Source of the DNA: Cylindrospermopsis raciborskii Cr2010
Lineage (GTDB): Bacteria; Cyanobacteriota; Cyanobacteriia; Cyanobacteriales; Nostocaceae
Assembly (NCBI RefSeq): GCF_003367075.2
Contig: NZ_CP065936.1
Location: 2,280,001-2,312,000, forward strand
Reading direction: 5' to 3'
Length of the DNA: 32,000 nucleotides
Shown here: piece after piece, positions 10,380 to 18,055 of the stretch
Position numbering within the stretch: the stretch's first letter is position 1
Layout: every line of letters begins with the position of its first letter
Translations under genes and position numbers: made by a program
The notes under the pieces: generated by a model
Databases searched by the model: none
Told to the model about the DNA's origin: nothing
The model's input: the letters and a program-made list of their open reading frames with translations, nothing else

Positions 10380-10572
10380 AAATGGTGATACCCACAAAAT
10401 TAGGTTAAAACTGACGATCCCAAAGAAAATCTGTAATTTCTATGAATTTTGACATAGTGTCGCTTGCATAAACTAAAACTATGGTGGTAATAGTTCTAAT
10501 TGTAATTATAGCTTTAGCTATAACACTAAACAATGCAAACTGACAGCAATTAACATCATTTTAACTACAGCA

Positions 10573-12018
10573 ATGGAAGAACTCATCTCAGACACGGTAA
10601 CATTGTCACGAATACAGTTTGCACTAACCGCAATATTCCACATGCTCTGGCCAGTGCTAACAACTGGTATGGCCATATACTTAGTGGTAATCGAGGGATT
10701 GTGGTTAAAAACTCACAACCTAGAATACTACCACCACGCCCGCTTCTGGTCTAAATTATATGTTCTCAACTTTGGCATTGGTGTTGCATCTGGGTTACCG
10801 ATGGCATTCCAATTTGGTCTGAACTGGGCACCCTTCTCCGAGTCAGTGGGAGATTTTTTTGGTACCGTCCTGGGTTTTGAAGGCACAATGGCATTTATGC
10901 TAGAAGCTAGTTTCCTGGGCATTATGCTATTTGGCTGGGATCGAGTCCCACCAGTTATTCATTGGATATCCACCATTCTAGTGGCTTTTGGAGCTAATCT
11001 CTCCACCTTCTGGATTCTATCAGCAAATTCTTGGCTACAAACCCCAGCAGGCGGTGAATTTATCGCCGGTAAGTTTGTTGTTCAAGACTACTTCCAAGCG
11101 ATCGCCAATCCATTTATGGTGAATAGTTTTCTCCATACATTCTTTGCCACTTTAGAAACCTCCTTGTTTGTGATTGGTGGTATTAGTGCCTGGTATATTA
11201 TCAATCAACGTCGCACGGAATTCTTCCTCCGTTCCTTCAAAGTTATACTGGCGATCGCCATTGTAATTGCACCTCTACAAGTCTTTATAGGACACCTGAG
11301 TGCGGAACAAGTTTACCACTATCAACCGGCGAAACTTGCAGCAATGGAAGCTCAGTGGGAAACAGTTCCTGCGGGAGAACCTGCGGATTGGAGTCTGTTG
11401 GCTGTACCCAACAATAAAGTTGAGAAAAATGAGTGGGAAATCAAAGTTCCGGGGGCGTTGAGCTACCTATTAGAACTCAAATCTAAACTTGACCAACCGG
11501 TTAAGGGGCTCAAAGAATGGGAACCCAAAAATCGACCCCAAATGGTAGGACTGATCTACTATTCCTTCCGAATCATGGTAGGGATTGGACTATTTTTGGC
11601 TGGGTTAATGCTGATTACAGTTATACAATGGCTAAGTGGCAAACTATCCACCACAACCATCACCCAGCAAAAGTGGTTAATGAGAGCATGGATCTTTGCC
11701 GGTCCTCTGGGTTATATAGCGGTTGAAACCGGGTGGATTGTTCGTTGTGTAGGTAGACAGCCTTGGATTGTGTATGGGGAACTAAGAACCGTTGATGCTG
11801 CATCCCATATTCCCCCAGGAGAAGTTTTATTCTCTCTAGTAGGGTTGATGAGTATGTATGCGGTGTTTTTCGTTGCTGCCCTTTATTTTGGCAGTCGTAT
11901 TATTCGTAAGGGACCCAACTTAGAATTACCAGCACCGCGTACAATAATTAAACCAGCTATTGATATTGAGCCTGCTCAACATGGAGTAGATCGTCGTCCA
12001 GCAGAAGCACAACAGTAA
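10573..12018 (+). CDS. cydA: Cytochrome bd quinol oxidase subunit I
   Basis: 481 aa with a typical CydA N-terminus (LSRIQFALTAIFH), Q-loop region and C-terminal GWIVRCVGRQPW block. It is followed by cydB. Confidence 0.95.
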   Translation: MEELISDTVTLSRIQFALTAIFHMLWPVLTTGMAIYLVVIEGLWLKTHNLEYYHHARFWSKLYVLNFGIGVASGLPMAFQFGLNWAPFSESVGDFFGTVLGFEGTMAFMLEASFLGIMLFGWDRVPPVIHWISTILVAFGANLSTFWILSANSWLQTPAGGEFIAGKFVVQDYFQAIANPFMVNSFLHTFFATLETSLFVIGGISAWYIINQRRTEFFLRSFKVILAIAIVIAPLQVFIGHLSAEQVYHYQPAKLAAMEAQWETVPAGEPADWSLLAVPNNKVEKNEWEIKVPGALSYLLELKSKLDQPVKGLKEWEPKNRPQMVGLIYYSFRIMVGIGLFLAGLMLITVIQWLSGKLSTTTITQQKWLMRAWIFAGPLGYIAVETGWIVRCVGRQPWIVYGELRTVDAASHIPPGEVLFSLVGLMSMYAVFFVAALYFGSRIIRKGPNLELPAPRTIIKPAIDIEPAQHGVDRRPAEAQQ

Positions 12019-12045
12019 GAGGATAAGTTAGTAAGAAGGTATTTT

Positions 12046-13059
12046 ATGGAACCATTAGAGCCGTTACAACACTTTTTGCCTCAAGTTTGGTTTTTCATTT
12101 TAGGTCTGTTTTTGTTCCTTTATATTTTATTAGATGGATTTGATTTAGGAGTTGGCATTCTATCCCTAACCGCTTCTAGCGAGGAACGTCGTAGTATTTT
12201 GATGACCAGTTTAGGTAATGTTTGGGATGCCAACGAAACTTGGTTGATTTTAATGGGGGGTTCTCTATTTGGAGCTTTTCCCTTGGCATACGCCACCATT
12301 TTAAACGCCCTCTATCTACCTGCGGTAGTAATGGTTGTAGGTTTAATTCTCAGAGCAGTTTCCTTTGAGTTTAGAGAAAACGCTGATAACAAATTAGTTT
12401 GGAATATTGCCTTTGGTGTAGGCAGTTTTCTGGCCGCCCTAGGACAAGGATTTGCCTTGGGAAGTGTTTTTGAGGGTATCAAGGTTGACCAAGCTGGACA
12501 TTTTGCCGGTGGCGTTTGGGACTGGTTAACCTGGCGATCAGTAGTGGTTGCTCTAACTCTAATTCAAGGGTATGTTCTCATTGGATCTACTTATTTAATC
12601 TTGAAAACCACTGGAGATTTACAGAAAACTTACTACAAGACTGCCACCATAGCTACCTGGACAACTTTAGTGGGTGCACTATTTATTACTATTAGCACCC
12701 CTATAATTTCTGGGGAGGCACGAACCCAATTATTTGCAGCTCCCCTGATTTACATCTTTGGTTTAATACCCGTTTTGGGGATCCTATTCATAGGATTACT
12801 ATTGCGAAGTCTATACCAGCGTCAAGAAAATACTCCTTTGGTATACACATTCCTAGTTTTTTGTCTTTCCTTTATTGGGCTAGGTTTTGTAATTTTTCCG
12901 AACATCATTCCTCCCAGTGTGACCATTTATCAAGCAGCAGCAGCACCAAGTTCTTTGGTGTTTATGTTGACATTTATCGGTTTTCTTATCCCCGTAGTTT
13001 TATTTTACAACGTTTATAACTACGTAGTATTTCGAGGCAAAATTATTAACCAGGAGTAG
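12046..13059 (+). CDS. cydB: Cytochrome bd quinol oxidase subunit II
   Basis: 337 aa. It lies 27 nt downstream of cydA and shows a typical CydB pattern (LDGFDLGVGIL, WDANETWLI). Confidence 0.95.
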   Translation: MEPLEPLQHFLPQVWFFILGLFLFLYILLDGFDLGVGILSLTASSEERRSILMTSLGNVWDANETWLILMGGSLFGAFPLAYATILNALYLPAVVMVVGLILRAVSFEFRENADNKLVWNIAFGVGSFLAALGQGFALGSVFEGIKVDQAGHFAGGVWDWLTWRSVVVALTLIQGYVLIGSTYLILKTTGDLQKTYYKTATIATWTTLVGALFITISTPIISGEARTQLFAAPLIYIFGLIPVLGILFIGLLLRSLYQRQENTPLVYTFLVFCLSFIGLGFVIFPNIIPPSVTIYQAAAAPSSLVFMLTFIGFLIPVVLFYNVYNYVVFRGKIINQE

Positions 13060-13068
13060 TGATATAAT

Positions 13069-13115
13069 TGCTCATCATATAGATCTGCAAACTAGAGTAG
13101 TCTATATGATGAGCA
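13069..13115. repeat. 15-bp perfect inverted repeat (stem-loop) just downstream of cydB
   Basis: tgctcatcatataga (13069-13083) pairs with tctatatgatgagca (13101-13115) around a 17-nt loop. It starts 10 nt after the cydB stop. There is no adjoining U-tract on either strand, so it is not a canonical intrinsic terminator. Confidence 0.6.
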
Positions 13116-13164
13116 CAAAAAGCTTAGGCAATAATAGCGGTAAACTCCTGCGATTACATGTATT

Positions 13165-14250
13165 ATGAAACTTTACCTTTATCTTTTAGCTGGTATCAGT
13201 TCCGCTTTGCTGGGTTGGAATATAGGACAGTTTTTCATCACTGACCTAGGTTTGTTTCCCCAATATCCAGAAATTATTCTGTTTCCCTGTATAGCGGTTT
13301 CCCTTTCCTGTAGTATGGTGATGAACGAGATATTCATCAGTAATCCTACTAGAGTGAAACGCAGTTTTGAGACTGCTAAACAACCTCTATTAATTGCCAC
13401 CGGATTAGGTATTATTTCTGGCTTAGTGGCTGGCATTATATCGCAAATTCTGTTTTGGCCAGTGATTCGCGTACCTACTCCTATTGTTAGAACTCTAGGA
13501 TGGTTATTAATTGGAGTTTCCGTCGGTTTAGCGGAGGGTTTAACTTGGCGTTGGCACAGCATGGAAGCATCAGGAAAAAAACGCCTGCAACAAAGACTGA
13601 AAATTAGTGTTATTGCTGCAAGTGGAGCAAGTTTAATGGCAGCAGTTTTATTTGAAATACTTCGTTTGACTATCGGTAAAATGCCACCAGATTTGAAGAG
13701 TATAGAAGACATCATTGGTTTCAGCATTTTAGGCTTATTATTGGGTGCAGTTTTTAGTGTGACTAATTCTCCTAGTTATATTGCAGCTTTACGAGCAGGT
13801 AAGGGTTTTGAGTATAAAGACTTTAAAGAAGATACCCAAGATGTTCCTTCCTATCCATTGATTAATAGCCATCAACTGTCATTTGTTAACAATGTGGAAG
13901 AAACTAATGATATTAAGCCTAATGAGATTCAAGAAGGTTTATCTATTCAACTACCTGCTAGAGGAAAAATCAGAATAGGATCTGATAGCATTAATACAGA
14001 TATTACCATTCCTGGATTACCTCCCCACATTGCCGATATTGAAATACAAAAAAGAGCTGCTAACTTGATTCCTGATAGTGAATTTTTCCACGCGATCGCA
14101 GTTAATGGGGTTACCCTCAGGCACAATCGCCAAGTTGCTCTAAGGCATAATTATTTATTGACTTTATACACATTTAATAAAGCAGGTGTCAAAGAAGAAA
14201 AATATTATCGTTTTGTCTACTACAATCGTTTTCTTGATCCCCAGGCATAA
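13165..14250 (+). CDS. Polytopic membrane protein with a possible degenerate FHA-like C-terminal domain
   Basis: 361 aa. The N-terminal ~200 aa contain about 6 hydrophobic helices. The C-terminal segment GKIRIGSDSINTDITIP...HIADIEI...AVNGVTL...L loosely follows the FHA pattern (G-[RS]...D...H...NG). The FHA assignment is weak. Confidence 0.5.
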   Translation: MKLYLYLLAGISSALLGWNIGQFFITDLGLFPQYPEIILFPCIAVSLSCSMVMNEIFISNPTRVKRSFETAKQPLLIATGLGIISGLVAGIISQILFWPVIRVPTPIVRTLGWLLIGVSVGLAEGLTWRWHSMEASGKKRLQQRLKISVIAASGASLMAAVLFEILRLTIGKMPPDLKSIEDIIGFSILGLLLGAVFSVTNSPSYIAALRAGKGFEYKDFKEDTQDVPSYPLINSHQLSFVNNVEETNDIKPNEIQEGLSIQLPARGKIRIGSDSINTDITIPGLPPHIADIEIQKRAANLIPDSEFFHAIAVNGVTLRHNRQVALRHNYLLTLYTFNKAGVKEEKYYRFVYYNRFLDPQA

Positions 14251-14322
14251 TATAGCTGTAGCCAAGTTAATTAGGACGCTAGTTACTTGAGAACGATTTC
14301 CATATCAACAATCACCCACTTC

Positions 14323-14344
14323 TCTCAATATATTCTCAATATAT
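14323..14344 (+). promoter_or_regulatory. Tandem 11-bp direct repeat (tctcaatatat x2), candidate operator upstream of the RHH-like ORF
   Basis: Exact repeat at 14323-14333 and 14334-14344. A third CTCAATA core lies at 14355-14361 inside an imperfect palindrome (14356-14383). The repeats sit about 135-155 nt upstream of the ATG at 14480. Confidence 0.3.
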
Positions 14345-14479
14345 AAGGTGAAAACTCAATAAGGAATATAATACCTTTATTGATAGGCTAAGAAGTTTGT
14401 CATTAGAGAAGCAAACTAGTTAAAATAATTGGGAAGTGGGGAGTTTCAATTTAATCCCAAAACTAACAAGGATAAAAAT

Positions 14480-15016
14480 ATGGCTAGACCTGGTGGAAAC
14501 CCTGAACTCAAAAAATATCAATTTTCTAGTGAAGGGGAACCTAATAATGCTCAACTTCGCTTGTGGGTTACTAAATCTCTTTTGACTAGGCTTAACAATA
14601 CCTTCGGAGCGAATAGAAATAAGTGGATTAGAGAAACTCTAACCAAAGCATTAGATGAAATTGATGAAAATCATATGAAACATGATATGAAGAACTTTGA
14701 GGAAGAAACAAAGATGCCACTATTAACTAATATCGAGTTAAAAGGAATAGAAACTGGTAAGGAAATTGGTAAGGAAATTGGCAAGGAAATTGGCACATTA
14801 GAAAAAGCTCATGATTATGTGAAACTGGTGTTGAAAACCCGATTGGGTGACATACCAGAGACAATTGCCAAAGGGGTGGACACAATATCAGTATTACCAA
14901 TTTTGGATGAGCTACTAAAGTTGGCAATCAAAGTTGATTGTTTTGAAGATTTTCACCAATCCTTATTAAAATTATCTCCCAAAAAGTTTGAGTCAAATGA
15001 GTCGGATAAGAGCTAA
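14480..15016 (+). CDS. Chimeric protein: ribbon-helix-helix-like N-terminus fused to the C-terminal (DUF4351-like) module of the downstream Rpn-like genes
   Basis: The ORF track start at 14429 is TTG. I use the ATG at 14480, which has AAGGA 7 nt upstream. Residues ~20-60 (AQLRLWVTKSLLTRLNNTFGANRNKWIRETLTKALDE) fit a beta-strand/helix/helix RHH pattern. From KNFEEETKMPLL onward the sequence is the repeat-unit C-terminal module, nearly identical at nucleotide level to 15690-16001. Confidence 0.7.
   Translation: MARPGGNPELKKYQFSSEGEPNNAQLRLWVTKSLLTRLNNTFGANRNKWIRETLTKALDEIDENHMKHDMKNFEEETKMPLLTNIELKGIETGKEIGKEIGKEIGTLEKAHDYVKLVLKTRLGDIPETIAKGVDTISVLPILDELLKLAIKVDCFEDFHQSLLKLSPKKFESNESDKS
14756..14791 (+). 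repeat. 12-bp in-frame tandem repeat GG(T/C)AAGGAAATT x3, encoding (GKEI)3
   Basis: Counted directly. The third-position pattern of the Gly codon is T-T-C. Confidence 0.95.
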
Positions 15017-16001
15017 TTATGACGAACCATGGAAAGAAGCACTAACGGAGTATTTTGAACAATTTCTGCTTTTCTTCTTTCCGGGAATTCACCAATTAAT
15101 TGATTGGGGAAAAACACCAGAGTCTCTAGATAAAGAACTGCAAAGAATTACAGCCTTATCAAAAACGAAAAGGCGCTTTGCAGATAAATTGTATAAAGTC
15201 TGGTTAGTTAGTGGGGAAGAAATCTGGGTGTTGATTCACATTGAAATTCAAAGTCAATATGAGGAAGAATTCCAAAAGAGGATGTATATTTATAATTACC
15301 GTGCTTTTGACCTATATCAAAAACCGGTGATTAGTCTAGCAATTTTGGGAGATGAAAAAGCTGATTGGAAACCAGAAAGTTATAATTATAGCTTAGGAGG
15401 GTGTGAGGTAAGTCTGAAATTTCCCGTGGTGAAACTACTCAGCTATGAGGAAAAATGGTCAGAACTGGAAGAAAGTAATAATCCTTTTGCTATAGTGGTA
15501 ATGGCACATCTAAAAACAAAAGCAACTAAGGGAAAACCAGAGGAGAGAGAAAAATGGAAATGGATTTTAATCCGAGGACTATATAACGGGGGGTTAGATA
15601 GAAACCAGATAGTTCGATTGCTGGGAATCATTGATACAATGATGAAGCTACCTAAAAAATCACAGGAAAGTTTGGAGAATAAGATAAAGAACTTTGAAGA
15701 GGAAACAAAGATGCCACTGTTAACTAATATCGAGTTAAAAGGAATAGAAACTGGTAAGGAAATTGGCAAGGAAATTGGCACATTAGAAAAAGCTCATGAT
15801 TATGTGAAACTGGTGTTGAAAACCCGATTGGGTGACATACCAGAGACAATTGCCAAAGGGGTGGACACAATATCAGTATTACCAATTTTGGATGAGCTAC
15901 TAAAGTTGGCAATCAAAGTTGATTGTTTTGAAGATTTTCACCAATCCTTATTAAAATTATCTCCCAAAAAGTTTGAGTCAAATGAGTCGGATAAGAGCTA
16001 A
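14997..16001 (+). CDS. Rpn/YhgA-like PD-(D/E)XK nuclease family protein (putative transposase family) with DUF4351-like C-terminal domain, copy 1
   Basis: The ORF track start at 14988 is TTG. The ATG at 14997 gives MSRIRANYDEPWKEALTEYFEQFLLFFFP... The core FADKLYKVW...WVLIHIEIQSQ...RMYIYNY matches the D...ExQ nuclease core of the YhgA/Rpn (Transposase_31-like) family. The C-terminal (GKEI)n plus LVLKTRLGDIPE...L..LLKLAI..D.FEDF resembles DUF4351. The ATG lies 20 nt inside the upstream ORF. Confidence 0.75.
   Translation: MSRIRANYDEPWKEALTEYFEQFLLFFFPGIHQLIDWGKTPESLDKELQRITALSKTKRRFADKLYKVWLVSGEEIWVLIHIEIQSQYEEEFQKRMYIYNYRAFDLYQKPVISLAILGDEKADWKPESYNYSLGGCEVSLKFPVVKLLSYEEKWSELEESNNPFAIVVMAHLKTKATKGKPEEREKWKWILIRGLYNGGLDRNQIVRLLGIIDTMMKLPKKSQESLENKIKNFEEETKMPLLTNIELKGIETGKEIGKEIGTLEKAHDYVKLVLKTRLGDIPETIAKGVDTISVLPILDELLKLAIKVDCFEDFHQSLLKLSPKKFESNESDKS
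15753..15776 (+). repeat. 12-bp in-frame tandem repeat x2, encoding (GKEI)2
   Basis: Counted directly. The pattern is T-C. Confidence 0.95.
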
Positions 16002-17046
16002 TTATGACGAACCATGGAAAGAAGCACTAACGGAGTATTTTGAACAATTTCTGCTTTTCTTCTTTCCGGGAATTCACCAATTAATTGATTGGGGAAAAAC
16101 ACCAGAGTCTCTAGATAAAGAACTGCAAAGAATTACAGCCTTATCAAAAACGAAAAGGCGCTTTGCAGATAAATTGTATAAAGTCTGGTTAGTTAGTGGG
16201 GAAGAAATCTGGGTGTTGATTCACATTGAAATTCAAAGTCAATATGAGGAAGAATTCCAAAAGAGGATGTATATTTATAATTACCGTGCTTTTGACCTAT
16301 ATCAAAAACCGGTGATTAGTCTAGCAATTTTGGGAGATGAAAAAGCTGATTGGAAACCAGAAAGTTATAATTATAGCTTAGGAGGGTGTGAGGTAAGTCT
16401 GAAATTTCCCGTGGTGAAACTACTCAGCTATGAGGAAAAATGGTCAGAACTGGAAGAAAGTAATAATCCTTTTGCTATAGTGGTAATGGCACATCTAAAA
16501 ACAAAAGCAACTAAGGGAAAACCAGAGGAGAGAGAAAAATGGAAATGGATTTTAATCCGAGGACTATATAACGGGGGGTTAGATAGAAACCAGATAGTTC
16601 GATTGCTGGGAATCATTGATACAATGATGAAGCTACCTAAAAAATCACAGGAAAGTTTGGAGAATAAGATAAAGAACTTTGAAGAGGAAACAAAGATGCC
16701 ACTGTTAACTAATATCGAGTTAAAAGGAATAGAAACTGGTAAGGAAATTGGTAAGGAAATTGGTAAGGAAATTGGCAAGGAAATTGGTAAGGAAATTGGC
16801 AAGGAAATTGGCAAGGAAATTGGCACATTAGAAAAAGCTCATGATTATGTGAAACTGGTGTTGAAAACCCGATTGGGTGACATACCAGAGACAATTGCCA
16901 AAGGGGTGGACACAATATCAGTATTACCAATTTTGGATGAGCTACTAAAGTTGGCAATCAAAGTTGATTGTTTTGAAGATTTTCACCAATCCTTATTAAA
17001 ATTATCTCCCAAAAAGTTTGAGTCAAATGAGTCGGATAAGAGCTAA
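15982..17046 (+). CDS. Rpn/YhgA-like PD-(D/E)XK nuclease family protein, copy 2
   Basis: Protein identical to copy 1 except that it has 7 rather than 2 GKEI units. It shows the same 20-nt start/stop overlap with copy 1. Confidence 0.75.
   Translation: MSRIRANYDEPWKEALTEYFEQFLLFFFPGIHQLIDWGKTPESLDKELQRITALSKTKRRFADKLYKVWLVSGEEIWVLIHIEIQSQYEEEFQKRMYIYNYRAFDLYQKPVISLAILGDEKADWKPESYNYSLGGCEVSLKFPVVKLLSYEEKWSELEESNNPFAIVVMAHLKTKATKGKPEEREKWKWILIRGLYNGGLDRNQIVRLLGIIDTMMKLPKKSQESLENKIKNFEEETKMPLLTNIELKGIETGKEIGKEIGKEIGKEIGKEIGKEIGKEIGTLEKAHDYVKLVLKTRLGDIPETIAKGVDTISVLPILDELLKLAIKVDCFEDFHQSLLKLSPKKFESNESDKS
16738..16821 (+). repeat. 12-bp in-frame tandem repeat x7, encoding (GKEI)7
   Basis: Counted directly. 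The pattern is T-T-T-C-T-C-C. Confidence 0.95.
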
Positions 17047-18055
17047 TTATGACGAACCATGGAAAGAAGCACTAACGGAGTATTTTGAACAATTTCTGCT
17101 TTTCTTCTTTCCGGGAATTCACCAATTAATTGATTGGGGAAAAACACCAGAGTCTCTAGATAAAGAACTGCAAAGAATTACAGCCTTATCAAAAACGAAA
17201 AGGCGCTTTGCAGATAAATTGTATAAAGTCTGGTTAGTTAGTGGGGAAGAAATCTGGGTGTTGATTCACATTGAAATTCAAAGTCAATATGAGGAAGAAT
17301 TCCAAAAGAGGATGTATATTTATAATTACCGTGCTTTTGACCTATATCAAAAACCGGTGATTAGTCTAGCAATTTTGGGAGATGAAAAAGCTGATTGGAA
17401 ACCAGAAAGTTATAATTATAGCTTAGGAGGGTGTGAGGTAAGTCTGAAATTTCCCGTGGTGAAACTACTCAGCTATGAGGAAAAATGGTCAGAACTGGAA
17501 GAAAGTAATAATCCTTTTGCTATAGTGATAATGGCACATCTAAAAACAAAAGCAACTAGGGGGAAACCAGGGGAGAGAGAAAAATGGAAATGGATTTTAA
17601 TCCGAGGACTATATAACGGGGGGTTAGATAAAAACCAGATAGTTAGATTGCTGGGAATCATTGATACAATGATGACGCTACCTAAAAAATCACAGGAAAG
17701 TTTGGAGAATAAGATAAAGAGCTTTGAGGAGGAAACAAAAATGCCACTATTAACTAATATCGAGTTAAAAGGAATAGAAACTGGTAAGGAAATTGGTAAG
17801 GAAATTGGCAAGGAAATTGGCAAGGAAATTGGCACATTAGAAAAAGCTCATGATTATGTGAAACTGGTGTTGAAAACCCGATTAGGTGACATACCAGAGA
17901 CAATTGCCAAAGAGGTAGACACAATATCAGTATTACCAATTTTGGATGAGCTACTAAAGTTGGCAATCAAAGTTGATTGTTTTGAAGATTTTCACCAATC
18001 CTTATTAAAATTATCTCCCAAAAAGTTTGAGTCAAATAAGTCGGATAAAAGCTAA
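17027..18055 (+). CDS. Rpn/YhgA-like PD-(D/E)XK nuclease family protein, copy 3 (diverged C-terminal half)
   Basis: The first ~500 nt are identical to copies 1 and 2. From 17528 onward there are 8 amino-acid substitutions (V->I, K->R, E->G, R->K, K->T, N->S, G->E, E->K) and 4 GKEI units. Confidence 0.75.
   Translation: MSRIRANYDEPWKEALTEYFEQFLLFFFPGIHQLIDWGKTPESLDKELQRITALSKTKRRFADKLYKVWLVSGEEIWVLIHIEIQSQYEEEFQKRMYIYNYRAFDLYQKPVISLAILGDEKADWKPESYNYSLGGCEVSLKFPVVKLLSYEEKWSELEESNNPFAIVIMAHLKTKATRGKPGEREKWKWILIRGLYNGGLDKNQIVRLLGIIDTMMTLPKKSQESLENKIKSFEEETKMPLLTNIELKGIETGKEIGKEIGKEIGKEIGTLEKAHDYVKLVLKTRLGDIPETIAKEVDTISVLPILDELLKLAIKVDCFEDFHQSLLKLSPKKFESNKSDKS
17783..17830 (+). repeat. 12-bp in-frame tandem repeat x4, encoding (GKEI)4
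   Basis: Counted directly. The pattern is T-T-C-C. Confidence 0.95.

Noticed and set aside
10506-10523. Palindrome ttatagc-ttta-gctataa 50 bp upstream of cydA, as a possible operator
   Set aside because: With only 7-bp AT-rich arms in AT-rich intergenic DNA, it cannot be distinguished from chance without comparative data.
13179-13727. 182-aa minus-strand ORF
   Set aside because: It is antisense to the 13165-14250 membrane-protein gene, whose hydrophobic periodicity is far more gene-like.
14727-17966. Minus-strand ORFs inside the array (for example 15443-15781, 16428-16826 and 17473-17835 encoding MPISLPISLP..., and 14727-14927, 15724-15912, 16709-16957 and 17754-17966 encoding ...QFPCQFPYQFP...)
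   Set aside because: They are mirror images of the plus-strand genes. Their only striking feature, the PISL/QFP repeats, is the reverse complement of the (GKEI)n minisatellite. The plus-strand frame has clear family motifs, so these are antisense artefacts.
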